Virus record (IMG/VR): IMGVR_UViG_3300008264_000009
Span: 1-34,181 of that record
Origin: a virus
Taxonomy: Duplodnaviria; Caudoviricetes
Length of the DNA stretch: 34,181 nt
Strand: one strand, 5' to 3'
In this document: positions 8,841 through 17,691 of the stretch, piece by piece
How the letters are laid out: each line of letters opens with the position of its first letter
How positions within the stretch are numbered: the stretch's first letter is position 1
Program-made: the position numbers and the translations under genes
The notes under the pieces: generated by a model
Seen by the model: only the letters and a program-made list of their open reading frames with translations
What the model was told of the DNA's origin: nothing
Databases searched by the model: none

Positions 8841-10174
8841 TGGCATTACTTGATTCACTTTTTGGACAAACCCCAAGCTACTATGGTGGCTTGTTGGGTG
8901 AAGATGAGCTTTCTCGCTTACGCCAACAGGCTCAAGAGCAAGGAACTCTGAACACAGCAATGGCGCTACTCCAAGCGGGTGCGCCTAGCCGTACACCTGG
9001 CGGTGGCGCTTTGGCTATCGCACAAGGTCTGCAACAAGGTCAACAGGCTTATCGTCAGGCTTTGAACCAAGGCTTGCAAGAAAAGATGGTTGGTCTGCAA
9101 ATTGGCGAACAAATGCGTAAAACGCAAGAAGCACAGCGTATGCGTGAAATGTTCCCTCAAGTTTTCCAAGTCACTCAAACGCCAGAACAACTCACAATGT
9201 ACGGACAGCCAACACAAGGCGTTATCCGTGATGATGAGGGTAATTTGATGCCTGGCGGTGGCGTAACTCCAGCAAGGCAAAATGTTTCCATTGATACCAA
9301 CAAATTGGCTGCTTTAATTAGTCAGTCAAGCAATCCTTTGGAGTCATTGGCAACAGTCTCTAAATTGATTCCTGATTTGCGTAAGGCTGGACTTACTGGC
9401 GGCATGACACAAGGAGAAAACCCATTCTCTGTTTATGCAAATGACCCAACTGTTCCGACAGCTTTGCGTCAAGTTGCCGCAAACTACCAACAAAGCTACG
9501 CCAGAGGTTTGATTGACCAAGAAACTGCTGACAAGCGTTTGGCTGACTTGGGTGCTCGGGTTCAGTCTGCTCAACAATTCCAACAATCTCAAGCTGGATT
9601 AGAGGAACAACGCAGAGCTTCAAATTTGTTGGCTCAAGGACAGCAAGCAATTAGCGGAATGATGGCACAAGAGAAGCTGGATGCGGCAAAAGAAAAGCGT
9701 GAGCTTGCCGCTACAACTAAATCTGAAGCCAAATCACAACTTACAGACATTGTTGGTTCTTTGAAGAAGAACTACGAAACTCTGAAAGAGCAAGGCGGCA
9801 TTGTTAGCACCTCTGAGTCTGGAATCGGAAACATTGGCGCTCGATTGAGTTCTTCTGGTTTGGGTCAGGCTATTGGCGGTGCTGTTGGTGCTAGAACTCA
9901 AGAAGAACGCCAAAAGATTGAGCAAACTCGGCCTTTGTTGCTGAACTTGATTAAAAACGCCACAGGCATGAGCGCACAGCAAATGAACTCTAATGCCGAA
10001 ATGCAACTTTACTTGAACGCAGCTACAAACCCACAACTAAGCTATGAGGCCAACTTAGAAGCCTTGAAGAACTTAGACAGTTTGTATGGTTTAGGTGTTG
10101 TTGCTAAAGACATTGAGAAAGAGCTAAAGAATCCCGCCAAGCCTTCTGGCCCATCTAAAAGTTCTTGGAAATAA
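8840..10174 (+). CDS. internal virion / DNA ejection protein
   Basis: Gln/Gly-rich, coiled-coil; position and TAATG coupling. Confidence 0.7.
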   Translation: MALLDSLFGQTPSYYGGLLGEDELSRLRQQAQEQGTLNTAMALLQAGAPSRTPGGGALAIAQGLQQGQQAYRQALNQGLQEKMVGLQIGEQMRKTQEAQRMREMFPQVFQVTQTPEQLTMYGQPTQGVIRDDEGNLMPGGGVTPARQNVSIDTNKLAALISQSSNPLESLATVSKLIPDLRKAGLTGGMTQGENPFSVYANDPTVPTALRQVAANYQQSYARGLIDQETADKRLADLGARVQSAQQFQQSQAGLEEQRRASNLLAQGQQAISGMMAQEKLDAAKEKRELAATTKSEAKSQLTDIVGSLKKNYETLKEQGGIVSTSESGIGNIGARLSSSGLGQAIGGAVGARTQEERQKIEQTRPLLLNLIKNATGMSAQQMNSNAEMQLYLNAATNPQLSYEANLEALKNLDSLYGLGVVAKDIEKELKNPAKPSGPSKSSWK

Positions 10175-10176
10175 AT

Positions 10177-11775
10177 ATGGCTGATATTACAGTTTCTTTT
10201 GCTGACGGAACATCTCATATTTATGAGAACGCACCAGATTCTCTGAGCCGTGACGATGTTTTAAAGCGTGTTTCTAGCGACTTTCCAGATAAGCGTGTAG
10301 AAGGCTTATCCCGTGAGTCTTACAAGGAAATGGGCGCACTTGATGTAGCAACAAAAGCAGTTAAAAACCTGCCATCGTCAACAGCCAAAATGGTTGGGGA
10401 CATTGTTTCTGCTATCTCAAGCCCACTCCAAACAGGCAAGGCCATTCTTGATGTTGGTGCTGGAACTTTGCAAAACATTCTCCCTGAAAGTCTTGTTAAG
10501 GCTATCGGAGAGGATAAGCCATCACGCCAAGCCGCAAGCCAAGTGGCTCAAATGTATGTTGACAAGTATGGTTCAGCAGAAAGCGCTAAACGAGCGATTG
10601 CTACTGACCCTGCTAGTGTCATGGCTGACATTTCAACCATCTTAACTGGTGGCTCAATGGCTGCCGCAAAAGCCCCGCAAGTGGCTTCTGCGCTATCAAA
10701 AGCAGCTACTGCTGTTGACCCTTTGGCTTTAACTGCAAGAGGCGCTACTGCGGCTGTAAAAGGTGCCGGCGGTGTTGCTGAAAAGGTTTTAGGCGTTACC
10801 ACAGGTGTTGGTACTGAGCCGATTACACAGGCTTTTAAGGCTGGTGTGGAAGGTGGTCAGCGTGGTCAACAGTTCTCGCAGAATTTGCGTGGAACTGCCG
10901 ACATGATGGAAGTTTTGGATATTGCAAAACAGAATCTTGACCAAATCCGTCAAGACCGTGGCGCAACATATCGAGCAAACATGGCAAATATCAAGGGCGA
11001 CAAAACCGTTCTTGACTTTGCTGGTATTGATAAAGCGCTTGGTGAGGCTTTTGACAAAGTTTCTTTCAAAGGCCAGATTAAAAACCAAGAAGCTGCCACC
11101 AAATTGTCAGAGGCTCAATCCATTATTGACGATTGGAAGAAACTAGACCCTGCTGAGTATCACACCCCTGAAGGTATTGATGCTCTGAAGCAAAGCGTGG
11201 GGCAGATTCTTGAGGGTTTACAACCTCGCACAACATCAGACACCGTTGTTAAGGGCGTTTATAACTCAATCAAAAACGAGATAAATAAACAGGCTCCAAC
11301 TTACGCAAAAACAATGAAGTCTTACTCTGATTCAACTGAGTTGATTCGTGAGATTGAGAGGGCATTGTCTTTGGGTGATAAGGCTTCTGCTGATACCGCA
11401 ATGCGTAAATTGCAGTCTTTGATGCGTAACAATGTGAATACAAATTACGGTCAAAGATTAAAACTTGCCCAACAATTAGAAGCCCAAGGTGGTCAGCAAA
11501 TGATGCCTGCTTTGGCTGGACAAGCATTGTCTGATTGGACTCCAAGAGGAATTCAAAGAGCCACAGCGCCTTTGGGTGGTGTTGGTCTGTTCTCTGTTGG
11601 TGGCGCTCCTGCTGTGATTGGTGGCGCTATGGCTTCTTCACCCCGCATGGTTGGTGAGGCGGCTTATGGTGCTGGTAGAGCGACTAGAGGGTTATTGGAT
11701 GTTGGTCAGCGTATTCCTGAACTTGACTATCCAACAATGTTTAATTTGCTTTATCAAGCAGAACAAATGAAATAA
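10177..11775 (+). CDS. large internal virion / DNA transfer protein
   Basis: ATG 3 nt after the upstream stop (MADITVSFADG...); Ala/Gly-rich with C-terminal 'SSPRMVGEAAY' motif. Confidence 0.75.
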   Translation: MADITVSFADGTSHIYENAPDSLSRDDVLKRVSSDFPDKRVEGLSRESYKEMGALDVATKAVKNLPSSTAKMVGDIVSAISSPLQTGKAILDVGAGTLQNILPESLVKAIGEDKPSRQAASQVAQMYVDKYGSAESAKRAIATDPASVMADISTILTGGSMAAAKAPQVASALSKAATAVDPLALTARGATAAVKGAGGVAEKVLGVTTGVGTEPITQAFKAGVEGGQRGQQFSQNLRGTADMMEVLDIAKQNLDQIRQDRGATYRANMANIKGDKTVLDFAGIDKALGEAFDKVSFKGQIKNQEAATKLSEAQSIIDDWKKLDPAEYHTPEGIDALKQSVGQILEGLQPRTTSDTVVKGVYNSIKNEINKQAPTYAKTMKSYSDSTELIREIERALSLGDKASADTAMRKLQSLMRNNVNTNYGQRLKLAQQLEAQGGQQMMPALAGQALSDWTPRGIQRATAPLGGVGLFSVGGAPAVIGGAMASSPRMVGEAAYGAGRATRGLLDVGQRIPELDYPTMFNLLYQAEQMK

Positions 11776-11784
11776 AGGAAAATC

Positions 11785-13080
11785 ATGTCAAAAGACAAAA
11801 TCAGCGATTACAGCAGTACCGCAAACTCAAACACGGACATTGCTGGCATTAACATAGACGAGGGTTGCGCTCCTTCAGGGATTAACGATGCCATTCGCAC
11901 ATTGATGGCTCAGTTAAAGACATGGCAAAGCGGTGGGCAGGATGTTTACATTCACCCTGCTGGTTCTGCTTCGGCTCCTTCTATTACAGCGAATGGAGAC
12001 ACCAACACAGGTATCTTCTTCCCTGCTGCTGACACTATTGCCTTTGCTGAAGGTGGTGCGGAGATTGCACGGTTTGACAGTTCTGGTAACTTAGGTTTAG
12101 GTGTTACGCCTAGTACATATTCAATAGGTAAAGTTGTTGAAGTGGGTTTCGCTGGTAATTCATTTTGGGGCTACGCTGCAAACACAAACTTAGTAACACA
12201 AAACGTTAATTTAGCATCTGGTGCTTTGAGATATTCAAGTACTAACCCCGCTTCTTTCTATCAGCAATCTTCAGGTGTTCACACATGGGGTGTTGCCCCA
12301 TCAGGCACAGCAGGTAACGCCATCACCTTCACCCAAGCAATGACGCTTAATGCTAGTGGGAATTTGGGTGTTGGTCTAACCGATCCTTCTGCTTATGGCT
12401 CAAGTGTTCGCTTGCAGCTTTATAGAACATCTTTTCCTGAATTGTGTTTTGCTGATGATGCAACACCGTCTGCTACTGCTGCACCGAGAATTTCCGGTGG
12501 TAACGCTGAAATGCGGTTTAGCACCAACGGCTCAGAACGCGCCCGTATCGACTCCAGCGGTCGATTGCTGGTGGGAAAAACCTCAGCTGGCGATACTGTA
12601 CTAGGTACTCAAATAGGTGGTGACGGATATATTACAGCCACTCGTTCAGACTCTACAAACGCGAATACTACATACCACGTTTATTCAACTGCTGCTGGTG
12701 CGTATCGTTTCTATGTTGGCATGGCTGGTACTGTTTTTGCAACATCTACAACAATCAGCGCAATTTCTGATATTCGCTTTAAAGAAAATGTCCGTGACTT
12801 GAATGTAGGTCTTGCTGAAGTGATGGCGTTAAAGCCTCGCTTGTACGATTGGAAAGAAGGTAAAGGCGCTGACATTAAGAATGCCCGTGGTTTTATCGCC
12901 CAAGAGTTTGAGGAAGTATTTCCTGACCTGATTGACGAATGGAAAGAAGCGCCACCAGAAGGTGAAGAACCCTACAAGTCAGTTCGTGCAGACCTGATTC
13001 CTGTTTTGGTCAAAGCCATCCAAGAACTCAAAGCAATCGTAGACGCACAAGCTGTTGAAATCGCAGCATTGAAAGGTTAA
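11785..13080 (+). CDS. tail fibre with C-terminal intramolecular chaperone (Peptidase S74) domain
   Basis: N-terminal anchor 'NIDEGCAPSGINDAIR', 'ERARIDSSGRLLVG' repeats, 'SDIRFKENV', 'GFIAQE' and 'LIPVLVKAIQEL' plus coiled coil. Confidence 0.9.
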   Translation: MSKDKISDYSSTANSNTDIAGINIDEGCAPSGINDAIRTLMAQLKTWQSGGQDVYIHPAGSASAPSITANGDTNTGIFFPAADTIAFAEGGAEIARFDSSGNLGLGVTPSTYSIGKVVEVGFAGNSFWGYAANTNLVTQNVNLASGALRYSSTNPASFYQQSSGVHTWGVAPSGTAGNAITFTQAMTLNASGNLGVGLTDPSAYGSSVRLQLYRTSFPELCFADDATPSATAAPRISGGNAEMRFSTNGSERARIDSSGRLLVGKTSAGDTVLGTQIGGDGYITATRSDSTNANTTYHVYSTAAGAYRFYVGMAGTVFATSTTISAISDIRFKENVRDLNVGLAEVMALKPRLYDWKEGKGADIKNARGFIAQEFEEVFPDLIDEWKEAPPEGEEPYKSVRADLIPVLVKAIQELKAIVDAQAVEIAALKG

Positions 13081-13085
13081 GCATT

Positions 13086-13397
13086 ATGACAATCACATGG
13101 AAAATCAATAACCTAGAACGCCAAACCTCTGATGGTCTTGTAACAGTAGTGCATTGGGGTGTTACTGCAACTGAGGCTAGCAATGACCCTGAGAAGCCCT
13201 ATGGTGCAGGTGTCTACAACACACAAGCCCTAGAACGTGGTGACTCATTCGTGAACTACGACACCCTGACTGAAGAAACAGTTCTTGGTTGGTTGTGGGG
13301 CAAGATTGACAAAGAAGCTGTGGAAGCTGCTCTAGAGGCTCAGATTGAGGCTCAAAAAGCGCCAGTAACCGCTAACGGCTTGCCTTGGGGTGAGTAA
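13086..13397 (+). CDS. tail-fibre-associated small protein
   Basis: 'TWKINNLER..DG.V..VHW', 'FV.YD.LTEE.VLGW' and 'GLPW' motifs; family typically found beside fibre genes. Confidence 0.75.
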   Translation: MTITWKINNLERQTSDGLVTVVHWGVTATEASNDPEKPYGAGVYNTQALERGDSFVNYDTLTEETVLGWLWGKIDKEAVEAALEAQIEAQKAPVTANGLPWGE

Positions 13398-13600
13398 TGG
13401 CAACCATTGACGCAACAGACGCTCGTCTGTCTACGCATGAAGAAGTGTGTGCGATGCGTTATGAGTCTATTAACAAGGCTCTAGAGCATGGCGAAAAGCG
13501 CATGACTAAGATTGAATATCTGCTTTATGCGGTGATGGCTGTTGTACTGCTCGGCCCTGGTGTCGGGGCTGAGTTCTTCAAGAAACTTCTGGGGATTTGA
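13397..13600 (+). CDS. small membrane protein (XhlA-like / holin-associated)
   Basis: 'HEEVCAMRYESI' coiled coil plus one C-terminal TM segment; first gene of the lysis region. Confidence 0.7.
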   Translation: MATIDATDARLSTHEEVCAMRYESINKALEHGEKRMTKIEYLLYAVMAVVLLGPGVGAEFFKKLLGI

Positions 13601-13601
13601 T

Positions 13602-14411
13602 ATTGACCCGATTTCTGCAATGCTCATGCTGTCAAGCGCACTCAAGGGCATACGCTCTTGCTGTGAGATGCTGTCAGAGGGCAAAGCAGAGATTCAGCGA
13701 ATAAAGAAGGGGATTTCTGATGCTAAAGAGATTGCAAAGGAAGTTTCTGGCTTTTGGTCTTGGATTCAAGGGCTTTTCTTACCGAAGGATAAACAGCCTA
13801 GCGTTGTTGTCAAGGTTGAAGAACCGAAGAAGAAAGTAAAAGATGAATATGTTGATTACATCCCTGATGAAGATGCTGTAATCGACCAATTCATTCGCCA
13901 TGTTGGAGACTTCTTTAAAGCGCAAGCCTATTTGGTGGCCTATAAAGAGGATTTAGAAAGAAAGGTCTTTAGTTCGTCACATGGAGACAATAACATTGGC
14001 GCATTGGAACTTATCTCGATTGAGACAAAGTTGGTCAAGTGTGGTGCGGAACTAAGGGAGTTGATGAACGAGGCTCCTGCTCAACTCGGGCCTTTGTACA
14101 GTCGTTATAAAGCGATGTACTCTAAGATTCTTGATGAACAAAAGAAAGCTAGGGAAAGGGACAGAAGAAACGAAAAGCAGAGGCGCATAGACCAAATTAA
14201 GACGGAGAATGACAGGGTTGACCGCTGTGTTCCGCATTGGGTAACGCTTGGGCTAATCATTATCTTTTGGGTGTTTGTATGGCTAATATCGCAGAGTACG
14301 ATGCAAAAATCTACTTTTGGGGGATGGTCTTATTCGCCACAGTTAGTTTTATCGCACTCCCTGCCGTTGCCTTTATCTATCTCGATAACAAGATTCTCTC
14401 TGAGCAAATGA
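13602..14411 (+). CDS. coiled-coil membrane protein of the lysis region
   Basis: Open frame with coiled coils and a TM segment (WVTLGLIIIFWVFVWLI). Start is uncertain: ATT at 13602 giving MDPISA, or ATG near 13620. Confidence 0.7.
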   Translation: MDPISAMLMLSSALKGIRSCCEMLSEGKAEIQRIKKGISDAKEIAKEVSGFWSWIQGLFLPKDKQPSVVVKVEEPKKKVKDEYVDYIPDEDAVIDQFIRHVGDFFKAQAYLVAYKEDLERKVFSSSHGDNNIGALELISIETKLVKCGAELRELMNEAPAQLGPLYSRYKAMYSKILDEQKKARERDRRNEKQRRIDQIKTENDRVDRCVPHWVTLGLIIIFWVFVWLISQSTMQKSTFGGWSYSPQLVLSHSLPLPLSISITRFSLSK

Positions 14412-14575
14412 AGGCAGACAGAAAGAAAACAGAGCAACTTAAACAGAAACTTGAAGAACAACTGAAAGAGGTAAAGCGTGAGACTCCTACCAATCCTAAT
14501 CCTGATGGCGCTAGTGGGGTGCGAGGACAGATACCGATACACCTGCCAAAACCCCGACAAGTTCAATTTACCTGA
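14279..14575 (+). CDS. N-terminally anchored coiled-coil membrane protein (i-spanin-like topology)
   Basis: TM segment FWGMVLFATVSFIALPAVAFIYL followed by a K/E/Q coiled coil. Confidence 0.6.
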   Translation: MANIAEYDAKIYFWGMVLFATVSFIALPAVAFIYLDNKILSEQMKADRKKTEQLKQKLEEQLKEVKRETPTNPNPDGASGVRGQIPIHLPKPRQVQFT

Positions 14576-14687
14576 GTGCCAAAAGCCTCGGTGTTTGTTT
14601 ACCCAGACTTGCCCAGAATATTTAGTTGCACCTATCTTGGAGAAGAAAATTGAACAACCCCAACAAGCCGCCTCTGAGTCCAAGTGA
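14478..14687 (+). CDS. Cys-rich lipoprotein
   Basis: GTG start after GAGG; signal MRLLPILILMALVG-C (lipobox LVGC); four further Cys in the mature part. Confidence 0.8.
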   Translation: MRLLPILILMALVGCEDRYRYTCQNPDKFNLPECQKPRCLFTQTCPEYLVAPILEKKIEQPQQAASESK

Positions 14688-15099
14688 GATTGAGGTTAGG
14701 GTGTGGGCCTTTGTGGTCGGCATCGTGACTGTCATTCTTGCTGGAATCGTATTCTTCATGCTGTATTCGGTGACCTTCGTGACACAGCCGATTAAAAGCA
14801 TGGCTCCCATCGACCAAGGTTATCTCAAGATGCTGAACGACATTGTTTTGCTGATTGTTGGTGGCATTGGTGGGGTGATGACTAAACGAGCCGTTAGCTC
14901 ATCTAGCTCACCTAGTGAGCCACCAAAGGGAGAATCGCCCCCAAAGCAAAGTGACCCATCAGGTGCGTTGCCTGTATGGGTCAATCCTGAACTAGATGAG
15001 ACTTGGGTTCCACCACCACCGCCAACCACTCCAGCAGACCATTTGGAGCCTGACCATGAGCGTGAGGAATTGGCACTTGCAAGGGCAGAACTGAAATGA
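14650..15099 (+). CDS. 2-TM membrane protein, candidate holin
   Basis: Two hydrophobic segments (VWAFVVGIVTVILAGIVFFML; IVLLIVGGIGGVM) and a Pro/acidic tail; TTG start after GGAG. Confidence 0.6.
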   Translation: MNNPNKPPLSPSEIEVRVWAFVVGIVTVILAGIVFFMLYSVTFVTQPIKSMAPIDQGYLKMLNDIVLLIVGGIGGVMTKRAVSSSSSPSEPPKGESPPKQSDPSGALPVWVNPELDETWVPPPPPTTPADHLEPDHEREELALARAELK

Positions 15100-15554
15100 T
15101 AAATCCGTGGCTGATTATTGGCGGTATTTGTATCGTTCTCGGAACTTACAAGTATGGCACTCATACTGGTTACAAAGAGCGTGATGCTGAGATGCAAGCT
15201 GAGATTGCTCGGTTAAATGAGGAATCTCGTGCCAAAGAACAGAAACTCGCCCAAGACTTAAACAACACATCTTCACAACTGAGAGAGGCTAACGATGTTG
15301 TCACTAAAAAACAAACTGATTTGGATGCTGCCATTCGTGCTGGTCGGGTGCGGCTCAACTCCTCAAGTTGCGTACAAGCCGCCACAAGTGCCGCCTCTGC
15401 CAGCGGAAATCAAACCGAAGCAAGCGAATCTGAGCGAGAGACTCTCCGACTTATTGCTCAACTCGCAGCAGAAGGGGATAGGGCAATCAACGAACTCAAC
15501 GCCTGTATCGCAGCCTACAACCAAGTAAGGGATACGATAAATGGTCAACGCTGA
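15096..15554 (+). CDS. Rz-like inner-membrane spanin
   Basis: N-terminal TM segment, coiled coil, 'AAIRAGRVRL' and 'EGDRAINELNACIAAY'; directly upstream of the endolysin. Confidence 0.85.
   Translation: MINPWLIIGGICIVLGTYKYGTHTGYKERDAEMQAEIARLNEESRAKEQKLAQDLNNTSSQLREANDVVTKKQTDLDAAIRAGRVRLNSSSCVQAATSAASASGNQTEASESERETLRLIAQLAAEGDRAINELNACIAAYNQVRDTINGQR
15295..15528 (+). CDS. Rz1-like outer-membrane lipoprotein spanin (embedded in Rz)
   Basis: Lies in the +1 frame fully inside Rz; lipobox LVG-C; Pro-rich mature part (KPPQVPPLPAE); GAGG upstream. Confidence 0.85.
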   Translation: MLSLKNKLIWMLPFVLVGCGSTPQVAYKPPQVPPLPAEIKPKQANLSERLSDLLLNSQQKGIGQSTNSTPVSQPTTK

Positions 15555-16161
15555 ACAACTGGCAAAACTCCATATCGGTGCTGAATGGGTTGATGCGCTT
15601 AACGAGACTTTCCACAGGTTTAATATTGACACTAAGCGCAAACAAGCCGCCTTTATTGGTCAATGCTCACATGAGTGCGGAAACTTCAGGATTCTTGAAG
15701 AAAACCTAAACTATCGTGCCGCCACCTTAATGAAGCTGTGGCCTAAACGCTTCCCAACTCAAGAGATTGCCAACAGCTACGAAAAAAATCCTAAACGCAT
15801 CGCCAACATGGTTTACAGCGGTCGTATGGGAAATCGTGACGAGGCTTCTGGCGACGGGTATCGTTTCCGAGGCCGTGGATGTATCCAATTGACAGGGCAT
15901 AGCAACTATTTCCACGCAGGAAAAGCTCTCGGAGTTGACTTCGTGATGGAGCCTGACCTTGTAGCAACTCCAAAGTTTGCCGCCCTGACTGCTGGATGGT
16001 TTTGGTCAACCCACAACTGTAACGAGCTTGCAGAAAACGGAACGCCTTTAGACTCGGCTGGAGAGTCCACTTGGGCTAACCTGACCAAGAAAATCAATGG
16101 TGGGACTATTGGACAGGCTGATCGAATAAAGCATATCCGTGAGGCTCTAGCCGTTCTCTGA
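15541..16161 (+). CDS. endolysin, glycoside hydrolase family 19
   Basis: 'AAFIGQCSHECG', 'EENLNY', 'GDGYRFRGRGCIQLTG..NY', 'AGWFW' and 'TKKINGG' motifs. Confidence 0.93.
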   Translation: MVNAEQLAKLHIGAEWVDALNETFHRFNIDTKRKQAAFIGQCSHECGNFRILEENLNYRAATLMKLWPKRFPTQEIANSYEKNPKRIANMVYSGRMGNRDEASGDGYRFRGRGCIQLTGHSNYFHAGKALGVDFVMEPDLVATPKFAALTAGWFWSTHNCNELAENGTPLDSAGESTWANLTKKINGGTIGQADRIKHIREALAVL

Positions 16162-16291
16162 TGCTTTCAACGGCTAGGATGTAACCCTGAATAAAGAACT
16201 CACGCTCTGTCGGGGTGCATTTTGTCCCGCCCAACATCGTCTCTAGGGCTTTCTGGGCTTGTAGGTAAGTCTGTTTTGTCTGGCTTATCAT
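16106..16291 (-). CDS. hypothetical protein
   Basis: Last ORF of the leftward operon; overlaps the endolysin 3' end convergently. Confidence 0.5.
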   Translation of the reverse strand: MISQTKQTYLQAQKALETMLGGTKCTPTEREFFIQGYILAVESIRERLEPHGYALFDQPVQ

Positions 16292-16379
16292 CTAAGTCCC
16301 TGCCAAATATTGCATCCCAACGGGAATTATATTCTTCCTGAGAAACGCTGATTGGGCGTGGTGCGCTGCCTTTACTCAT
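16200..16379 (-). CDS. small hypothetical protein
   Basis: MSKGSAPRP...EEYNSRWDAIFG motif, which I recall from small phage proteins; GGAG upstream. Confidence 0.6.
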   Translation of the reverse strand: MSKGSAPRPISVSQEEYNSRWDAIFGRDLDDKPDKTDLPTSPESPRDDVGRDKMHPDRA

Positions 16380-16476
16380 TTGACGCACTCCAAATCGCCA
16401 TGAGAGCAATAAATATCAATCCAACTATAAGAGCGCCCAAACCAAGAATCGTTACAAGAATCAAGATATTCGTCAT
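16372..16476 (-). CDS. 34-aa single-TM peptide
   Basis: Read manually: GGGGAG-ttgt-ATG, MTNILILVTILGLGALIVGLIFIALMAIWSASNE*. Confidence 0.55.
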   Translation of the reverse strand: MTNILILVTILGLGALIVGLIFIALMAIWSASNE

Positions 16477-16515
16477 ACAACTCCCCTATGAGAATCATTC
16501 CAAAGACTAAGAAAA

Positions 16516-16809
16516 TCATTTAGCCACCATCACTCTCTGCTGTCTACCTGACTTTCCTACCCTTGTGCCGTTTATCTGAATAAAGCCTTTGTCTAAAAGC
16601 GCCTTGTATCTTGCCGTTATCGAGGAATATGGCATAGAAGGAAACATCTCAAGAATCTGGTCGCTGATGCAACCAGCCTCGCCAAAGCCTTTAATCGCCT
16701 CATAGACGAGCTTTTCTAACCTTGATGTGTCAACCTTCTCTGCCGCCTCAAAAGAGGTTTGTGGGTCGTTTTTACGAAACAATTTACCGAAAAATGTGCC
16801 AAATTCCAT
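16516..16809 (-). CDS. winged-helix DNA-binding protein
   Basis: 'RKNDPQTSFEAA', 'SSITARYKALLDKGFI' and 'GKSGRQQRV' wHTH pattern; GGAG SD. Confidence 0.7.
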   Translation of the reverse strand: MEFGTFFGKLFRKNDPQTSFEAAEKVDTSRLEKLVYEAIKGFGEAGCISDQILEMFPSMPYSSITARYKALLDKGFIQINGTRVGKSGRQQRVMVAK

Positions 16810-16844
16810 GTGTCTTACTCCGTCTTAAGTTGGCTTGAATTTTC

Positions 16845-17075
16845 TCAAAAATCTATATCTTCGTCTTTAGGAAAGTCGTTTTTTTCCTTTGGTTGGTTCA
16901 GATAACACCAACCAGACCAACCGCCCTCAACTACTGGAACTTGGTCAATCTTGAGCATTGGCCCGTTCTTTGTCTCAATGACTGAGCCGATTCGCTGATA
17001 GCGGTTCTTTTCCTGACCTTCAGAATTTGTGTATTTGCCCACGATTGTGGAGACTTCATATTGTGTTTTAGCCAT
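16845..17075 (-). CDS. SSB-like protein
   Basis: Beta-rich 'GKYTNSEGQEKNRYQRIG' core with acidic SSB-type tail 'DEDIDF'; follows the exonuclease. Confidence 0.65.
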   Translation of the reverse strand: MAKTQYEVSTIVGKYTNSEGQEKNRYQRIGSVIETKNGPMLKIDQVPVVEGGWSGWCYLNQPKEKNDFPKDEDIDF

Positions 17076-17691
17076 TGTTTTCTTTCAAATCATTTAGTTT
17101 GCTTACTTTTACATCCAATTCCATCAGAAACGACAGAACTTCTTTCTCCAGCATTGATATGTAATCTTCATCCCTTTGGACTCGCTTAATAAACAACTGG
17201 AGTTCTTTTGGCATCCGTGGGTCAAAACTCACGAAATCGCACCATTGTCGGTCGGTGCAAGACATTTGCCATTGCATCTGAGTGACATATTTGCCTGGCA
17301 CAGTCTGCGTCAGCAAGGTATCAATATGCGTAGCTGTGTTTGGGCATTTGATTTCCACCAGACCATCATCCCCAACAATCCCATCAGGTGATGCGCCAGC
17401 CTGTTCAATGCGTGGGTGGGTAATCATGGCTACCTCATCCACTAAAACATCCATCTTTGCCTCATACGCTGCCCTAGCAAGCGGTTCGTTATCCGTACCC
17501 CATTGCATTGCGGCATTTGTGTAGGACTCTGCCACAGTTCCTGTCATGCGCTCACAGACCAATTGCGCCATGTAATTCTCACGGCTGGTTGAATATCCTG
17601 TTTTGGTCTTGGCAATCACATCAGCTACTCGGCTTGCGGTTACTTTACCCAAGCGCTGTGCGAACCATTCTGGTGTTCCCTGTTCAATCAT
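17068..17691 (-). CDS. YqaJ-like viral recombinase exonuclease (lambda Exo family)
   Basis: 'QGTPEWFAQRLGKVTAS', 'WG...EP.AR..Y', 'GASPDG', 'EIKCP' and 'QMQWQM' motifs. Confidence 0.93.
   Translation of the reverse strand: MIEQGTPEWFAQRLGKVTASRVADVIAKTKTGYSTSRENYMAQLVCERMTGTVAESYTNAAMQWGTDNEPLARAAYEAKMDVLVDEVAMITHPRIEQAGASPDGIVGDDGLVEIKCPNTATHIDTLLTQTVPGKYVTQMQWQMSCTDRQWCDFVSFDPRMPKELQLFIKRVQRDEDYISMLEKEVLSFLMELDVKVSKLNDLKENNG

Noticed and set aside
11785-13080. Diversity-generating retroelement acting on the tail fibre
   Set aside because: No reverse transcriptase, and no second near-copy of any fibre segment was noticed.
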